Below, one piece after another: positions 60,065-64,000 of a stretch of 64,000 bases of DNA (within the stretch, counting starts at the first letter, position 1; every line of letters starts with the position of its first letter). Source of the DNA: the human T2T-CHM13v2.0 reference genome, Homo sapiens; assembly GCF_009914755.1 (NCBI RefSeq), contig NC_060926.1, one strand, 5' to 3'. The notes beneath the pieces were generated by a model, which saw only the letters and a program-made list of their open reading frames with translations, was not told where the DNA came from and did no database searches. A program made the position numbers and the translations under genes.

Positions 60065-60368
60065 CCCCCACAAAAAACAACATAAAAAGACTTACCCCAC
60101 GAGATTTAAGCTCCACAAGAGCAACAACCGTGCTTATCCTGTTCACCACTGTGTCTCCAGTATACAGAAGAGTGCCTAGGAACATAGTCCTAGTAGATAC
60201 TAAATATTTACTGGTTAACTGACTGAATGCATGACATTGTCTTAACCTTCTCCCTTCTAAGATTCAATTTTTGTTAACTGTGTAGTTGATGACAACTTTA
60301 TAATTATGCCTACCTTGTTATGGAGATTGACAATAATCACAGACAAGAGAAAGAAATGAAAAAATCAC

Positions 60369-60541
60369 CTTCTTTCCTCTCACTCTTTCCCATAAGAAAA
60401 TCTTCTGTATAGGGCGTCATGTCCAAACGTAATGGGAAGGAAAAGTGTGTATTCACTTTCTCTTTCATCATCGTGACCATATTAAATGTGTATCTCATAG
60501 TATTGAAACTCAAAATGCGAGGCAATTTCTTAAAACATGCC
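60369..60541 (-). CDS. USP34: USP34 coding exon (173 nt), USP domain
   Basis: cag|ACFKKLPRILSFNTMRYTFNMVTMMKEKVNTHFSFPLRLDMTPYTEDFLMGKSERKE|gtgatt. Confidence 0.96.
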
Positions 60542-60651
60542 CTGAGAGACAAGAAAAAAATTAATAAAGATTATTTTTTACAAATACTTCAGTTGGTTTG
60601 ATTTCTGTTATGCTATATCCATTTCAATTTTCAACTCAGAGTTAAGAAGTA

Positions 60652-61408
60652 TAGTAGTTCCCCTTATCCACAGGGGATACCTTCTGAGAACACCCCGTGT
60701 CTGCCTGAAACTGAGGACAGTATCAAACTCTATATACACTACGGTTTCTCCTAAACCAACATACCTATGACAAAGCGAATTTAGAAATTAGGCACAGCAA
60801 GAGATTAACAAGTATTAATAAAATACAACAATTATAACAATATACTGTTCACAATTTCACAGATTTTAGCAACCTCATCGTATGTTTTCTTTCCCTATTC
60901 CAGATAAAGTTTAATTTATAAATTAGGCACAGCAAGAGATTAACAAGTATTAATAAAATAGAACAATTCTAACAATACACTGTTCACAATTTTACAGATT
61001 TTAGCAACCTCATCGTATGATTTTTTTCTTTTCATATTGAGAACTTTAAGGCATTTTACAGCTTCTCTTTGGCAAAGCCCAACTGTTAATGAACACTACT
61101 CTTGCACTTTGGTGCCATTAAGTAAAATAAAGGTTCCTTGAATACAAACAGTACAATACTGCGAAGGTAACCAAAAGGGCCACTAAGTGACTAATGAACA
61201 AGTAGTGTATACACCATGGACATGCTGGACAAAGGGATGGTTTACATCCCAGGTGGGGACTGTGCCAGATTTTATCATGCTACTCAGTCCAGTGGGCAAT
61301 TTAAAACTTAAGAATTATTTTTGAAATTTTCTATGTAATATTTTCAGACCTTGCCTGTCTGCAGGTAACAAACTGCAGAAAGAAAAACCACAGAGAAGGG
61401 AGACTATA
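60652..61408. mobile_element. MER44/Tigger7-family DNA transposon with internal tandem duplication
   Basis: TAGTAGTTCCCCTTATCCACAGGGGATAC start and GAGAAGGGAGACTA end match MER44-type TIRs. Confidence 0.8.
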
Positions 61409-61823
61409 GAAGTATTCTAAATCACATTCTTATTAAAACTATACAGTCAGTCCCTGAGCACTAGGCAGCAGCACTCCTGCTCGCCCTTTTCCAACGGCCC
61501 ACCACTGAAGGGCAGCCCGATGCCTGGCAGCCACCCTCTAGCACCATGTCACAGAGCAGAGTCCCCACGATGCAGAAGAAGAGTCTGCAGGGCTCCTGGC
61601 AGAATTACACTTTAGCAATAATAGGAATGGGGGCAGTGTTCCAGCCTGTTTCTGTTTCTACCAGTGACATGGAAAAAGTACTACTAGATGCCCAGCATGA
61701 GTCTGGACAGAATATCTCCAAGAGTTCTCACTGTGACAGGATACCTCGCTCTCAGACATCAGAAGATACTAACAGAGCTGCTGAAACAGCCAGCCATAGC
61801 ATTGGAGAGAAAAACAGCTCTCA

Positions 61824-62079
61824 GGCTAGGCGCGGTGGCTCACGCCTGTAATACCAGCACTTTGGAGGGCTAAAGTGGGCAGACTGCTTGAGGCCAGGAG
61901 TTCGAGACCATTCTGGCCAACATGGCAAAACCATGTCTCCACTAAAAATATAAAAATTAGCTGGGTGCGGTAGTGCACAAGCCTGTAATCCCAACTACTC
62001 GGGAGGCTGAGGTTGGAGGGAGCCAAGATCACACCACTGCACTCCAGCCTGGACAACAGAGCGAGACTCAAAAAAGAAA
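61824..62079 (+). mobile_element. Alu inserted in BNIP3 pseudogene CDS
   Basis: TSD AGAAAAACAGCTCTCA at 61808-61823 and 62080-62095. Confidence 0.93.
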
Positions 62080-62714
62080 AGAAAAACAGCTCTCAGTCTG
62101 AGGAAGGTTATATTGAGAGAAGGAAAGAAGTTGAAAGCATTTTGAAAGAAAAACCTCAGATTGGACATGGGATTGGTTGAGTTAACCAGAAAATATTCCC
62201 CCCAAGGAGTTCCTCTCATAAGGGCTTGCTGTACATTAACGCATATACTTTTTACAACAATCCTATAAGGAAGGTACTGTTAGTCTCTCCTGTTTATAGA
62301 TTAAACACCCCACATGCATGGCCACTCTCAGCATGAGAAACACAAACATCATGAAGAAAGAGGGCATATTCTCTGCAAAATTTCTGAAGGTTTTTCTTCC
62401 ATCTCTGCTGTTCTCTCATTTACTGGCCACTGGATTGGGAATGTCTATTAAAAGGTGGCTGACAACCTCCACCAGCACCTTTTCATGAAGAATTGGAACC
62501 TGGCTGTTCATTAGTGGGATTGTATTTGAGCTTGCACATAGTTAATTGAAGAGCTGTTATGATCCTTGTATGGCTGCATCACTTGTGTGTACTTGTTCTG
62601 TAACTCCTGCATTCCTAATTTAGTAAAATCAAAGAATAGACACTAAAATCAGGCCGATCTACAATTATACTTAAGGGATCAATAGGCAAGTCAGAATGAT
62701 TAATATCTACTGTA

Positions 62715-63031
62715 GGCTGGGTGCGGTGGCTCACGCCTGTAATCCCAGCACTTTGGGAGGCTGGAGCAGGCGGATCATGAGGTCAGGAGATCGAGACCAT
62801 CCTGGCTAACACAGTGAAACCCCGTGTCTACTAAAAATACAAAAAATTAGCCGGGCGTGGTGGCGGGCGCCTGTAGTCCCAGCTACTCAGGAGGCTGAGG
62901 CAGGAGAATGGCGTGGACCCGGGAGGCGGAGCTGGCAGTGAGCCAAGATTGTGCCACTGCACTCTAGCCTGGGTGATCAAGCGAGACTCCATCTCAAAAA
63001 AAATAAATAAATAAATAAGTAAATAAATAAA
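62715..63031 (+). mobile_element. AluY inserted in BNIP3 pseudogene 3'UTR
   Basis: AluY diagnostics; TSD ATCTACTGTA at 62705-62714 and 63035-63044. Confidence 0.93.
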
Positions 63032-64000
63032 CGAATCTACTGTAAAAACTTGGTAGTAAATTTTCACTGGATATTAGACATAAATATCTGAATACAAACA
63101 ATTTTACTAGTCTTGATGTAGTACTGTAAAAATTATCTATAACTTAATTCAGCTAAAAAACTATATTTCAAAAGAATGAATAACACTGATATTAAAATCA
63201 CTACTTTAAAGAGTTTGTTCAAAATAAATATTGTGGCCTTATATTACACTATTGTAGAAAATATTGTTTAATTTAAATGAATGCAGGTTGTCTACTAAAG
63301 ATTACACATAACTATGCTAATTTTTCTTAATAAATAGAAGCCAAGATATAACTACAAACTCAGCTGTATCGTTTATATACGAAACTATTGTTGCTTTTGC
63401 AGTATAAGGTCTTCATCCTCTGATTATTAGGTAACCACCTTGGATGATGAGTCAGCTGCTCAGTATCTTTTTACTCTTCATCACTCTGCATTTGTTAATT
63501 TATTCCTATCCTTTGTCCTCAACTTTTGTGTGCTCTTAAAAATCAGCTTTATTCTAAGCAAATTTGTGTCTACTTTAAAAGACTGGAAATGAAAAAAATC
63601 TTTGCCAAATCCATCAGATTACTGTATTTACATAAGGTTTAACATCAAATGCCATAAAAGCTTCTTGATGAAACCAGGACTGTTCCCCATTTGGACATTT
63701 TTTTCTTTCTACAGCATCCTTGTTAGAAAGGCCGCCCCCTTGATATACTGTATATACGTGACTGTGCATTTGTTTCATCTTTCCGTACTCAATTCGGTTG
63801 TTAAATAAACATTTTAATTTGTTTAAAAAAAAAAAACAGCAAACACACCCACAACTTTTTCCATTCTGAAAAGATTTTCCTATGTCGAGATAAGAAAAAT
63901 AAAATGTTATGGTAGACTACGGTAAACACCATGATAAAGATACAAAAGGGTGCTATGGAAGCATGAAAAGGAGTTCCATCATTCTCCAGGGCCAAGGAGG

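Larger units (their letters stand above)
61447..63836 (+). pseudogene. BNIP3 processed pseudogene (5'UTR + CDS 61546-62485 + 3'UTR + poly-A), interrupted by two Alus and an 84-bp insert
   Basis: Intronless match to recalled BNIP3: [41 protein letters not shown]|[50 protein letters not shown]. It has frameshifts, a 3'UTR recognisable to about 63612, AATAAA at 63804-63809 and A12 at 63825-63836. Confidence 0.93.

Overview
Primate (almost certainly human) genomic DNA: AT-rich, Alu-dense and intron-dominated. The minus strand carries the 3' part of USP34 (ubiquitin-specific peptidase 34). I traced 32 GT-AG coding exons from 60541 down to position 1 (4369 nt, about 1456 codons) with consistent phases. 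They run from the second half of the USP catalytic domain (His box HTGTADGGHYYSF, WYLFND, SAYMLFY) through the C-terminal region; the last exon continues past the left edge. The introns contain dozens of Alus, L1/L2/MIR relics, Tigger- and hAT-type DNA transposons, a MER4-type solo LTR, a 3'-truncated U2 snRNA retrocopy and a near full-length BNIP3 processed pseudogene (+ strand). I found no convincing wholly new biological system. The best leads are (i) a candidate poison/decoy exon at 2651-2808 next to a tandem array of 5'-splice-site hexamers, (ii) an anachronistic MIR-like insert and a frame-compensated ORF inside the BNIP3 retrocopy, and (iii) several small retro-insertions and hairpins. 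Gene and repeat names come from recalled consensus sequences, not database searches. Repeat boundaries are approximate; exon boundaries were read from splice dinucleotides.
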